Below, in pieces: positions 45,001 through 53,230 of a stretch of 64,000 bases of DNA. Source of the stretch: Deltaproteobacteria bacterium (lineage in GTDB: Bacteria > Myxococcota > Kuafuiibacteriia > Kuafuiibacteriales > Kuafuiibacteriaceae). The translations under genes were made by a program, and so were the position numbers. Each line of letters starts with the position of its first letter. Within the stretch, counting starts at the first letter, position 1. Under the pieces are notes generated by a model. That model did not search any database, was not told the DNA's origin, and worked only from the letters and a program-made list of their open reading frames with translations. The DNA lies in assembly GCA_040218735.1 (NCBI GenBank), contig JAVJQW010000057.1:32001-96000 (forward strand). Direction: 5' to 3'.

Positions 45001-45655
45001 CAACGGCGACAAGAAGCTCACCGACGCCGGTCAGAAGCTCTACGACGAGCTGTTCGGCAACCCGGAGCTGGCGGACAAGCCGCTGTGGATCACGCGCTCG
45101 AGCTTCACGGGCGAGGACCGCCCCGGCAAGAGCGGCGCGGGTCAGTACGAGTCGCCGGTGCTGCTGGGCGACGCCATCTCACGCGTCGAAGGCCTCATCA
45201 CCGTCATCGAGAGCACGTGGATGCCGGAGCCGATCGAGAACAACGTCGCGGACGAGATCGACCTCCGCTACATCATGCCGTCCATCGGCGTGCAGGAGTG
45301 CCTCGATCCTCAGTACTCGGGCGTGATGATCTCGCGCGACATCCAGCACGGCACCCGCAACAAGGTGACGTACCAGCTGGTGAAGGGCTTCGGCGGCGGC
45401 GTCGAAGGCGGCAAGACCGAAGAGGGTGTCATCAACGCCCACGGTCACCACGTCAGCGTCGAGTACCCCGGTGAGCCGGACGGCCTCGTGGACGCGGCGG
45501 CGCTCAAGGAGCTGCGCGAGATCATCCTCGAGATCGAGAAGATGTTCCACGAGACGATCGAGCCCGGGAAGGGCTACGCCGTGGACTGCGAAGTGTGCCG
45601 AGTGGACGACGAGTGGAAGGTCGTCCAGGCGCGCGTGATCTTGATGGACAAGTAG
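42062..45655 (+). CDS. Large dikinase with glucan water dikinase-like architecture (helical domain, phospho-His domain, C-terminal nucleotide-binding domain)
   Basis: PGGNSHLNMYAMNNGI (His729); VGEKTAVL, RSSFTGED..SGAGQYES, GVQECL..YSGVM, VDCE..VVQAR; no PEP-binding barrel. Confidence 0.85.
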   Translation: MPVTTGSRNAARPSAPSVAPRRPQGGPSGRTIELVKLDKLERTDSAELGKTTATKLLGTITELKDVTGTGQESAAKGDPRVTLRRRLVATLLADRSGFVKRDELEALGDNVKADIKWLLDAERREYTADGTNQFSWAQSVMSSGSTIESYFKKRVKSQREHAERIEAGTDKFFKADEGSVVGLSFIEGDDLRAGSIVDALLQFRANTKSTSSNNRADKVGPSLLAEQRILLANSDISDLSDPTERRELGLLRAMIASHPNNSMNAIFEARNAVAAIFLDGEDAGAVYSDRRNGNADFATSWIIREKPPGADVSPYSAIHHNFSTSTPKVIASMVDNWLLPIGEESVRSTAFLTAADVLEAAQEGDREGAVKILEGLEGDVAATLADLKKVVDSAPAGELEQKVVDYLQSVSTKDYGANKAGNIHMAAELYRHVCDDRPSREGLSEKLFRAGDAWPEVAEVLFAIDKEDDNMILRELGEARIALRNGIATVRSGFERQELILLDADLDRMVLEELGSAVTRVGRHETDEQKTEALWALSAALRSAVASGLDVMHGEDSTMADRKGLDELRLEVKNVLKEGKIDEGDYRRLMAEVRLAITGTIQDIRSYFDERAAEVATGGVELDPEFHDQFIKQSALHYATAIADVGMTVGLKEEISADRIANVEGMRILNSIGRVVFSNVVAAENTKELAELKPEKDALSVVYALNEKKMVAVGGLIVDTEHAPGGNSHLNMYAMNNGIAVLALPELRTKYAEFFETASKPESEGGGGIYMSEDNGEFQMLTVARAKAEGLLKADEVDELRPGLNRRIEYLKSNATGDAFEVVAKHAAIISPERRTRDVQLYIPMDEVKGLGKRCLSFDEIATLGTHARHLVGEKTAVLALMRANPKLRKFIPPGSGVTTGRIRELLKEAKAPTADNADRTLNDLWKQPWLDDPKVGTVDDTNIYESAFYTDKDYRADMRNELQHTTKEALTNLLIATDGNGDKKLTDAGQKLYDELFGNPELADKPLWITRSSFTGEDRPGKSGAGQYESPVLLGDAISRVEGLITVIESTWMPEPIENNVADEIDLRYIMPSIGVQECLDPQYSGVMISRDIQHGTRNKVTYQLVKGFGGGVEGGKTEEGVINAHGHHVSVEYPGEPDGLVDAAALKELREIILEIEKMFHETIEPGKGYAVDCEVCRVDDEWKVVQARVILMDK

Positions 45656-45668
45656 GGAGGGAGCTTCG

Positions 45669-45992
45669 ATGCCTTACACCACCACCGCCGAGCAGTTCCT
45701 CGACGAGAAACTCCCCGCCGCGCTGTGCGACGGCAGCCCGCTGCGTGGCCAACCGTACCTCGTGAAGTTCGTCATCGAGGGCGTGGGTACCTGGTTCGCG
45801 GACTTCGCGACCGGATCCGTGGCGCGCGAGGGCGGCCTCGTCGACGTCATCGTCCGCGCACGCCCGCGTGACTTCATGGCGGTCATCGAGGGGCGCATGA
45901 GCCCGCAAGATGGCTTGCTCACCGGCCGCCTGCACCTCGCCGGTGCGGTCTCGAAGATCTCTGCCCTGATGAAGGTGCTGCGTCATGCCTGA
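45669..45992 (+). CDS. SCP2 sterol-binding domain protein
   Basis: GVGTWFADF..DFMAVIEGRMSPQDGLLTGRLHLAG; GGAGG RBS. Confidence 0.85.
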   Translation: MPYTTTAEQFLDEKLPAALCDGSPLRGQPYLVKFVIEGVGTWFADFATGSVAREGGLVDVIVRARPRDFMAVIEGRMSPQDGLLTGRLHLAGAVSKISALMKVLRHA

Positions 45993-46206
45993 GGAGACGA
46001 GCACCGGCCTCTGGGCCATCCACTCCACCAAGGACCACAAGCCGCTCATGCGCGGCTGGGCGAACAGCAAAGGCGAAGCCGAGGCGATCCTCACGCAGCT
46101 GAAGGCGTCCGACCCGGAGCCCGAGGACGAGTACTGGATCCTCGAGATGTCCGAGGTCGAGGCGGACAACTTCCGCCTCACCGAGCTGCTCCACGACTTC
46201 GTCTGA
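45985..46206 (+). CDS. Small acidic hypothetical protein (73 aa)
   Basis: Overlaps the SCP2 stop; GC3-rich codons; fills the gap in the operon. Confidence 0.7.
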   Translation: MPEETSTGLWAIHSTKDHKPLMRGWANSKGEAEAILTQLKASDPEPEDEYWILEMSEVEADNFRLTELLHDFV

Positions 46207-46236
46207 TTTCGATCGAACTAGGAAGGAACCCAAGTC

Positions 46237-47847
46237 ATGCCGACCAACATCCAAGACCGCGGACTCAAGCGCGCCCTGCAGCAGGTCATCTCCGACCGCA
46301 CCGCTGGTGCGCCGACGCTCAAGATCAACGAAGAGATGATGAACAACATCATCCTCGAGGTCGCGGACTCGCCGTTTGCCACGCGCGGTCAGGTCGAGAA
46401 GCGCCTCGCCGACGCCGGCACGCCCGCCGAGCGCCTCGCGGTCGTGCAGAAGGGCCTCGATGACGGCGAAGCGAAGGACATCGCGAAGATGCTCGCGCAC
46501 CCGTCCTTCGCCCGGATGCTCGAGCCCGCCGCCGAGAACTTCCTCAAGGCGGTCATTGGCGCCGAGCCGCTGAACCCGAGCCTGTTCGGTACGAACGGCG
46601 CCGCGCCGGTGTCGTCGCCGACGATCACGCCCGAGGCGAAGGCCGCCGTCGCCGAGATGAAGGGCCTGATTCAGTCCCGCCAGCTGCAGAAGTACTACGA
46701 CGCGGCGATCGGCATCGGCGACGCGTCGCTGAAGGACAAGGCGATCAAGCTCTTCGAGGCGCTCCCGACCGTGCACTCCGCGACGACCGCGGACGAGATG
46801 GTCGCGCTTGGGCTGTGGACGACCAAGCCGCGCGGCATCGAGGCGATGCAGACCTCGGCGCGTTACCTCCCGGGCCGTCAGCTCGTCGTCCCGGCGAAGG
46901 TGAACACCGACCTGCGCTCCGGCCGTGACTTCCTCGCGTGGGACGACAACGGCGTCGAGGCCCTCACCTACCGCGCTACGCTGGTGAGCGAGGACGGCGA
47001 CAACTTCATGGTGAAGATCGACGGCAAGGACGACCCGATCGCCGTGCCGAAGGAGACGGTCTACAAGCGCAACCAGCCGCACATCATCGAGGGCAAGAAC
47101 GTCCGCATCGGTTCGAAGCAGGCCAACTACGAGGACAAGTTCCTCAAGGCGAAGGTCTGCGAGGCCGCGCTCCGCATGGACGAGCTCGTCGGTCGCCTCG
47201 ACTTCACGAAGCTCCAGGCGTCGCCGCAGGGCGGCGGCCTGCTGTCCGTGTTCGGCGGGCGCGGCAACTCCGGCGAAGACATCTCGGCGATCCAGCGCAA
47301 GTGCGTCGGCATCATCCACGACGTCATCGACATGAAGTACCGCACGTCCAACGCCCGCAGCGATCCGGGCCGCGCCGACACCAACGACGCGGGTCGCCTC
47401 GCGGTGAAGGGCATCGGTGTCTGCAACGAGCAGGCGGCGGTGATGGGCGCGATGCTCACCCCGTTCCAGGACCTCATCGGGTTCGACTTCGCGATGATGT
47501 CGGGCGGCGTGTACCGCAACACGAACCGCAGCGGCTCGATGCAGGATCAGTACAGCACCTTCCGGCGTCCGGCCCACGGCTGGATCCAGGTCACATACCG
47601 CCCCTCGATGGAGATGCGGATCATCGACCGCACCTGGCAGCAGAAGGACAAGCCCGCCGACCTCGCGTACTCACCGGGCGGCGACCGCTTCCCGAGCGGC
47701 TACCAGGGCGGCATCCCGGTCGCGGCGATCGAGTCGACCGACGTGGTCATGGACGGCTCCGTCACCGTCGACACGTACGACCGTCAGTTCGGTACGGCCG
47801 GCGTCGACGACCGCACGAACCACATGTCGAATCGCGACGACCACTAA
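46237..47847 (+). CDS. Transglutaminase-like (Cys-His-Asp) domain protein
   Basis: GIGVCNEQA, HGWIQV and IIDRTW in the expected order; no signal peptide. Confidence 0.8.
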   Translation: MPTNIQDRGLKRALQQVISDRTAGAPTLKINEEMMNNIILEVADSPFATRGQVEKRLADAGTPAERLAVVQKGLDDGEAKDIAKMLAHPSFARMLEPAAENFLKAVIGAEPLNPSLFGTNGAAPVSSPTITPEAKAAVAEMKGLIQSRQLQKYYDAAIGIGDASLKDKAIKLFEALPTVHSATTADEMVALGLWTTKPRGIEAMQTSARYLPGRQLVVPAKVNTDLRSGRDFLAWDDNGVEALTYRATLVSEDGDNFMVKIDGKDDPIAVPKETVYKRNQPHIIEGKNVRIGSKQANYEDKFLKAKVCEAALRMDELVGRLDFTKLQASPQGGGLLSVFGGRGNSGEDISAIQRKCVGIIHDVIDMKYRTSNARSDPGRADTNDAGRLAVKGIGVCNEQAAVMGAMLTPFQDLIGFDFAMMSGGVYRNTNRSGSMQDQYSTFRRPAHGWIQVTYRPSMEMRIIDRTWQQKDKPADLAYSPGGDRFPSGYQGGIPVAAIESTDVVMDGSVTVDTYDRQFGTAGVDDRTNHMSNRDDH

Positions 47848-49277
47848 TACTGCGGCGGGGCTGCCGCGTCGGTCGCGAGGCTGGCGCGGAAGCTCTCCCA
47901 CGCGGTGGTCTCGATCAACCGCCACGCCTCCTCGTTCCAACCACCACCGACCTGACGCTGCGCTTCTTCGCGCAGGTCCCGCATCTGGTAGCCGAAGTCG
48001 GTCTCCGCCTCGTCCATCACGCGCTGCATCTCGGTCGGGAGGCGACCGAGCTGGCGGTCGACGTGCGCCCAGACCTCCTCGGTGTCCGAGAGGTGACCGT
48101 CACTCATCATGTCGCCGATCGCGAAGACGTCGTTGATGATCGTCATCGCCTGGTAATGCGGGTCCCGGCGCCCCGCGCGCAGGCCGTAGGGATCGGCCGC
48201 GGCCTCCCGGAACGCCGGGCCGTAGTAGTCGACCATCTTGCCTTCGAGGACCTCCAGGTTCTCGGTCAGCGTGAGGCCCTCGACGAAGTCCGTGCCGCCG
48301 TCGATGTTCGGCACGTCGGCGTCGTGGGTGGTGCGGAGGATGTCGCGCGCGCCGGGGGCCGCGGCTTCGAAGCTCTCCTCCATCTCCGCCGCCTCGGCTT
48401 CGTTGACGAACATCAGGCCCGCACCGACGCCCAACCCGGCGCCGATGCGCTCCACCGGGAACACCGTGTGAAAGTGCGCCGCCGCGCCGTTGCCCTCCGC
48501 CGCGGTGGTGAAGACGACGCGCGCCGACGACGTCGGCGTCTCGTAGCGCCCCGTCGCGATCCCCTCCGGGATCGTGCCGACCTGTTTGCCGAGGTCGGCC
48601 TCCATCGCGACGGTGTAGCCCGCCTCGCGCCCAGGCCCCCCGCGCTTCGACCAGCGGACCGCGAAGCGACCGTCGTTGGACACCGCGGTGACGCCGCGCT
48701 CCGTCGCCTCGCGCACGGTGAAGTCGCGCATCCCGGCGCTTTGGAGGTAACGCGTCGCGCCCTCCACGCCCTCCTCGGCCGCGTCGAGCACGGACCGCGG
48801 CGACACGTTGCCGACGCCGCGTTCGATCGCCTGGGACGAGACGTCCTTGATCGCCTCCTTCGCCGCCGCGCGCGACTTGAAGAAGCTCTTGCGGTTCATC
48901 TTCCCCATCACCTGCCGGATGGAGGCCTGCTCCGCTTCGTCGGCGGCCGACAACGCGCCGCGCTGCCCGAGCGCGCGCAGCTCGTCGTAGCGACGGAGCA
49001 GCGCGCTCGACACCTGGTTCCGATACCCCGCGACGTGGAAAGACTCGCGCACGACGTGTTTGCCGAGGCGGCGGACGCTCCCCCTCGCGAGGCGCTGCAG
49101 CACGCGGAGGATCGGGTTGGCCGCGGAGGTGTCCTCGGCGAACGCGCTACGATCGATCGCGACCCGTTCGAAGCCGGAGCCGCGCTCCAGAGTGCGTGGC
49201 GTGTCGCGCAACCGAGCTGCGGTCGTCGTATCGAAACGCGTGAGGTCGAACTGGGTGCGAGGGGCGGTGATCTCCAT
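47844..49277 (-). CDS. Hypothetical protein, possible nuclease toxin domain followed by a Gly-rich hydrophobic segment
   Basis: ATG 49277 after GGAG; motifs LGKHV, KSFF..AAAKEAI, GKQVG, ARVVF, HTVFP; then IGAGLGVGAGLMFV. Confidence 0.6.
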   Translation of the reverse strand: MEITAPRTQFDLTRFDTTTAARLRDTPRTLERGSGFERVAIDRSAFAEDTSAANPILRVLQRLARGSVRRLGKHVVRESFHVAGYRNQVSSALLRRYDELRALGQRGALSAADEAEQASIRQVMGKMNRKSFFKSRAAAKEAIKDVSSQAIERGVGNVSPRSVLDAAEEGVEGATRYLQSAGMRDFTVREATERGVTAVSNDGRFAVRWSKRGGPGREAGYTVAMEADLGKQVGTIPEGIATGRYETPTSSARVVFTTAAEGNGAAAHFHTVFPVERIGAGLGVGAGLMFVNEAEAAEMEESFEAAAPGARDILRTTHDADVPNIDGGTDFVEGLTLTENLEVLEGKMVDYYGPAFREAAADPYGLRAGRRDPHYQAMTIINDVFAIGDMMSDGHLSDTEEVWAHVDRQLGRLPTEMQRVMDEAETDFGYQMRDLREEAQRQVGGGWNEEAWRLIETTAWESFRASLATDAAAPPQY

Positions 49278-49429
49278 GGCTCCACTCTCGCGATCGATGG
49301 CCGCAGAGTCACTTGCCGCCGATCGCAAGCGAAGCGTGCCCTACACCACGGACGGACGGCCCAGCCCATCGGTGCCCCCCCGAACGGCCGGCCTTTGAGG
49401 CGACCCTCCGGGTCTGGTACCCCGTGCCC

Positions 49430-50386
49430 ATGTCCGAAATCACGTACGAACGCATTCAACCGCTGATCGCCGCCACCGAGCAGCGCGGCAGCTCCATGCA
49501 CGCGACCTTCACGTGCCCGGTCACCGGCGTCTCCGTCGCCTCGACCGCGTCCATCCAACGCGGCAAGGGACTCGTGGACGTCGCCAAGCAGTCCGCGAAG
49601 AAAAACGTCATGTGGAGCATCCGAAGCTCCGTCGCACGCACGGTTCGGAGCGTCCTCGGCTCCGGCATCCTCGGGCGGGTCGGCACCGACATGGCGCGCG
49701 AGGTCATGAAGAACGTCGAACAGGGCGCGAAGGACAGCTTCTCCGACGACGAGAAGAACGCCGCCGTCGTGCAGGCGTTCGAGGCCGTCGCCTCCACGTT
49801 CGTCTGGGATCCCAAACGCGGTCAGTTCGTCGGCGCGTCGGCGACCGAGCAGAGCGGCTTCGACGCCCAGCTCGCCAACGCACCCGTCACCGAGAAGTTC
49901 GATCGCGGCGTGCTCGCGCGCCTCCTCGTGGAGATCGCCGCGGCCGACGGCAAGGTCGACGACGACGAACGCGCGTTCCTCGAAAACTTCGTGACCCCCG
50001 ACGTCGGCACCGTCGACGCGCTCCTCACCCGCGGCGCGCTGTCGGGCGCGGACCTCGGCGAGACCGCGCAGGGCGCGTCACGCGAGACGATGATCATGCT
50101 CGCGTGGGCCGTGGCCTTCGCGGACGAGGAGCTCGAGATGAGCGAGACCCGCCGCATCGTCGACGCCGCCCAGCACCTCGGCGTCGGCGGCGACCGGGTC
50201 GACACCCTCAAACACGAAGCGCAGCTGCACCTGTACGATCAGGCGCTCGGCAACGTGTACGCCTCGGGCAGCCAGGACACACGCGCCAAGGCCGACGCCG
50301 ACGCCTTCGCCGGCCGAATCGGGATGAGCGCGGAAGACATCGAGCGCGCCGACGCACGCTACCGCCGCCGCCACGGCCTCGTCTAA
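49430..50386 (+). CDS. TerB-like domain protein
   Basis: IAAADGKVDDDERAFL and AVAFADEELEMSE metal-binding motifs. Confidence 0.8.
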   Translation: MSEITYERIQPLIAATEQRGSSMHATFTCPVTGVSVASTASIQRGKGLVDVAKQSAKKNVMWSIRSSVARTVRSVLGSGILGRVGTDMAREVMKNVEQGAKDSFSDDEKNAAVVQAFEAVASTFVWDPKRGQFVGASATEQSGFDAQLANAPVTEKFDRGVLARLLVEIAAADGKVDDDERAFLENFVTPDVGTVDALLTRGALSGADLGETAQGASRETMIMLAWAVAFADEELEMSETRRIVDAAQHLGVGGDRVDTLKHEAQLHLYDQALGNVYASGSQDTRAKADADAFAGRIGMSAEDIERADARYRRRHGLV

Positions 50387-51237
50387 GCGGAGGTCGACGT
50401 CTTCACGGGCGCCGAGTCGATCGCCGACTCGGCGTCCTCGAGCTCGTCCGACTGCGGGAACTTCTCGCGCATCTGTTTCAGCGCGCTCCGCGCCTTCTCG
50501 AGCTCACCGAGCTTCACCCACGCTTCGACGATCTCCGCGAGCAGCTCGTCGTCGAGCCCTACGTCCTCGAACTCGCGGCGGATGACCTCCAGCCGACCGA
50601 CGTACGCGCGGTCGCGCTCTAGGTTCTTGTAGAAGTCCGCCACGTAGCGCTCGTGCGCCATCAGGCGGCGGCGCACGTCGTCGAGCACCTTCTTCGCCTC
50701 GGTGATGTTCTCGTCGTCCGGGAAGCGCGAGACGTAGTCGCCGAGCGCGCGCGCGGCGTCACGCACCGCGCTCTGGTCCTTCTCGTGCGCGGGCGGGAGC
50801 AGGAAGAAGTTGCTCGGGATCTGCTCGAAGTACGCCATCCCCACCTTGTAGAGCGCGTACGGGACCTTCTCGTGCGTGGGGTGCAGCCGGACGAAGTTCT
50901 GGTAGCTGTCGATCGCCTCGATGTGGCGACCGCGCTGGAACTGGCAGTCGGCGATGCGGAGCTCCGACTTCACCGCGTAACGCGAGTAGGGAAACTTGGT
51001 GCGGATGTACCCGAAGTACCGCTGCGCGCCGAGGTACTCCTCGCGCTGGAACGCGTCCTCGCCCTTGATCCAGTTGCCCTCGGCCGTGCGCTCGTACCGC
51101 ACCGTCGGTGCCGCCTCGCCGCGCCCCGGCGCGTAGGAGGCGTTGTCGACCTCCGGCTCCTCCTCCCCGCCCTGGTTGGACGAGGCACACGCCGCGAGCG
51201 TCAACGCCAACAGGCCCGCCCAGAGTCGTCGGTCCAT
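50383..51237 (-). CDS. bamD: Outer membrane protein assembly factor BamD
   Basis: Lipobox LAAC; FPYSRYA, FVRLHPTH, YALYKVG, DQS, HERYVADFY. Confidence 0.93.
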   Translation of the reverse strand: MDRRLWAGLLALTLAACASSNQGGEEEPEVDNASYAPGRGEAAPTVRYERTAEGNWIKGEDAFQREEYLGAQRYFGYIRTKFPYSRYAVKSELRIADCQFQRGRHIEAIDSYQNFVRLHPTHEKVPYALYKVGMAYFEQIPSNFFLLPPAHEKDQSAVRDAARALGDYVSRFPDDENITEAKKVLDDVRRRLMAHERYVADFYKNLERDRAYVGRLEVIRREFEDVGLDDELLAEIVEAWVKLGELEKARSALKQMREKFPQSDELEDAESAIDSAPVKTSTSA

Positions 51238-51421
51238 CGCCGCCCCGCTTAACACACCTGGTCGCGAGCGGGCGACACTTCGCGCCGGGTGGGGACAATC
51301 ACGCCTTTCGGGTGTCGGGCCTCCGTCCGTTCGACGCTTCACAAACACCGTGCGGACCGAAGATCCTAGGCGGACCTTGGCCGTCGACCGCACCGCGCCT
51401 CGCTTCATGTGGCGCCCGCTG

Positions 51422-53230
51422 ATGGGCATGCTCGACGCCGTCGAGGCCCCCGTCGACACCCCGGACGACACGCCGATCCTGCTCCTCGTCAGCCCCGGCA
51501 AGAAGGGCCTCGACGCACACGGCGTCGCCCCCGAACCCCTCACGGACGGCGAGCGACAGGTCCTCACCGAGTGCCCCGAACCGATCCCCCTCTCGGCGCT
51601 CCCGGACCCCCTCCGCGTCAGCCTGTGGGGAACGCTGGGGCCCGGCTTCGAGCCCGCGCTCCTCACGCAGGTCCACCCGGGCGTCATGAACCCGTTCGAC
51701 ATGCGCGCGCTCGCGAACCTCGACGCCGCGTCGCGCAGCACCCTCGAGGCCTACCTCGATCCCGACTTCGTCCGACGCCCCGTCGCCGAAAAAGCCGAGG
51801 TGCTCGAGGCCCTCGGTCCGTTGCTCGCGCCCGGGCACGCCGAGCGCCTCGCCGACGTGCACCTCCCGCTGCCGTTCGTCTCCTCGTCGGGTCGCACCAT
51901 GACCTTCGCCTTCGAACGCGAAGCTGTCCTCCTGCACAACCCGCTGGTCCTCGACTACTACGCACCCGATCCCAGCGGCGCGCTGAACCCCGCGGCGCTC
52001 GAGCCGCGCACCCAGCGGGTCGAGGGCTTCCTGTCCTCCCTGCGTGAGCTCGTCGCGGACGGCGTGGTGCTTCCGCAGTTCGAGCGGCTGTCGGACGAAG
52101 CCAAGCTCGGCGCGCTGCGATGGAAGGACCTCAACGTCGCGGGTCGGCTCGTGTACCTCGACCTCATCGCCGAGAACGTCGACAGCAACGTCGCCCTCTA
52201 CCGGATCGACGACCCGAAGCAGACGCCCAAGAAGGAGACCGCGCCGCCGACGGTCGCGAAGCGACTCCTCTGGGAGGGCCCGCCGCTCGGGGTCTACGAA
52301 GTCACCACCGAGAAGGGCGGATACGACACCCTCGACGTCCTCTTCGCGGACCGCGCGTTCATCCTGCGGATGGTCGAAGCCGGCAACGGACACGTGCACC
52401 GCGTCGTCGATCTCCCGACGCCCGACGACGTGAAGACGCTCGGCCCGAAGCTCGTCACGCACTTCGCCTACGAAGATCTCTTCCTCATGACCTCGGCGTG
52501 GGCGCGCGGGCTCCCGACGCTCCACCACACGAAGCTCAAAGTGCACCGAGCCACGATGCTTCAACGCACGATCGACAAGATGCGGACCGGCAGCATCACC
52601 CACTTCGACCTGTGTGACCTCAAGGCGTACGGCACCGGCATCCGCTCCAGTCAGACCTACGACGGCGACGGGTCCCTGTTCGGAGGAGAGCTGCGAAACC
52701 TCGGCGCGGGCGGTGAGCTCTGGTTGCAGTCGACCGTCCTGCGCAGCGCCAAGATCCTCTCCACGGGTGCCTTCGAGAAGTACGAACCGCTCCCCGCGGC
52801 CTGGAACGCCGGGGACCCGTCTGTGCTCACCGCCGCGCTCGACGCCGCGAAGAAGGACGGCGCGCTGCAGAAGATCGCCGAGGACGTGGACATCGACTTC
52901 GCGACGCTCCTGAACCTGTCGACGAAGGCCGCGAAACGTGGCGAGCTGACGGAGCCCTACCAGCTCGCGTCGCCGCTGTGGGCGTGGGACGCGCTCCCGA
53001 GCGTCACCCCCGAGCAGGCGACGGACATCGCCAAGAAACAGAAGGCATTCACGAAGCGGCTCCTCGAGCTCGCGCGCGGCGTCTCGCGCGCGAAGAAGAA
53101 CAACCGCCCGATCGACCACGGCAAGCTCCGCACGAAGATCGTCGAGGCCGTCATGCAGTTCCACGCCGAGGTCCGCACGGACCAGATCGTCGAAGAGATC
53201 TTCGACGCGGCGTTGAGGCAAGACGCGTGA
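51422..53230 (+). CDS. Hypothetical protein with putative amidoligase/glutamine synthetase-fold motifs
   Basis: Ordered motifs GVYEV, GHVH, KAYGTGIR, GGELR. Start uncertain (51407, 51422 or 51428). Confidence 0.6.
   Translation: MGMLDAVEAPVDTPDDTPILLLVSPGKKGLDAHGVAPEPLTDGERQVLTECPEPIPLSALPDPLRVSLWGTLGPGFEPALLTQVHPGVMNPFDMRALANLDAASRSTLEAYLDPDFVRRPVAEKAEVLEALGPLLAPGHAERLADVHLPLPFVSSSGRTMTFAFEREAVLLHNPLVLDYYAPDPSGALNPAALEPRTQRVEGFLSSLRELVADGVVLPQFERLSDEAKLGALRWKDLNVAGRLVYLDLIAENVDSNVALYRIDDPKQTPKKETAPPTVAKRLLWEGPPLGVYEVTTEKGGYDTLDVLFADRAFILRMVEAGNGHVHRVVDLPTPDDVKTLGPKLVTHFAYEDLFLMTSAWARGLPTLHHTKLKVHRATMLQRTIDKMRTGSITHFDLCDLKAYGTGIRSSQTYDGDGSLFGGELRNLGAGGELWLQSTVLRSAKILSTGAFEKYEPLPAAWNAGDPSVLTAALDAAKKDGALQKIAEDVDIDFATLLNLSTKAAKRGELTEPYQLASPLWAWDALPSVTPEQATDIAKKQKAFTKRLLELARGVSRAKKNNRPIDHGKLRTKIVEAVMQFHAEVRTDQIVEEIFDAALRQDA

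Noticed and set aside
42062-45655. Annotation as PEP synthase, PPDK or rifampin phosphotransferase
   Set aside because: The His domain precedes a C-terminal ATP-binding domain and there is no PEP-binding barrel, so the order does not fit these enzymes.
49324-49341. Sigma54-like GGGCACG..TTGC on the minus strand, upstream of the putative toxin
   Set aside because: GG to GC spacing is 12, not the required 10.
50383-51741. Long N-terminal extensions in the ORF track (bamD, TetR, aglZ, infC, 29578, 30099, 38614, 49313)
   Set aside because: They overlap neighbouring genes or precede clear signal peptides, RBSs or family N-termini, so downstream starts were chosen.
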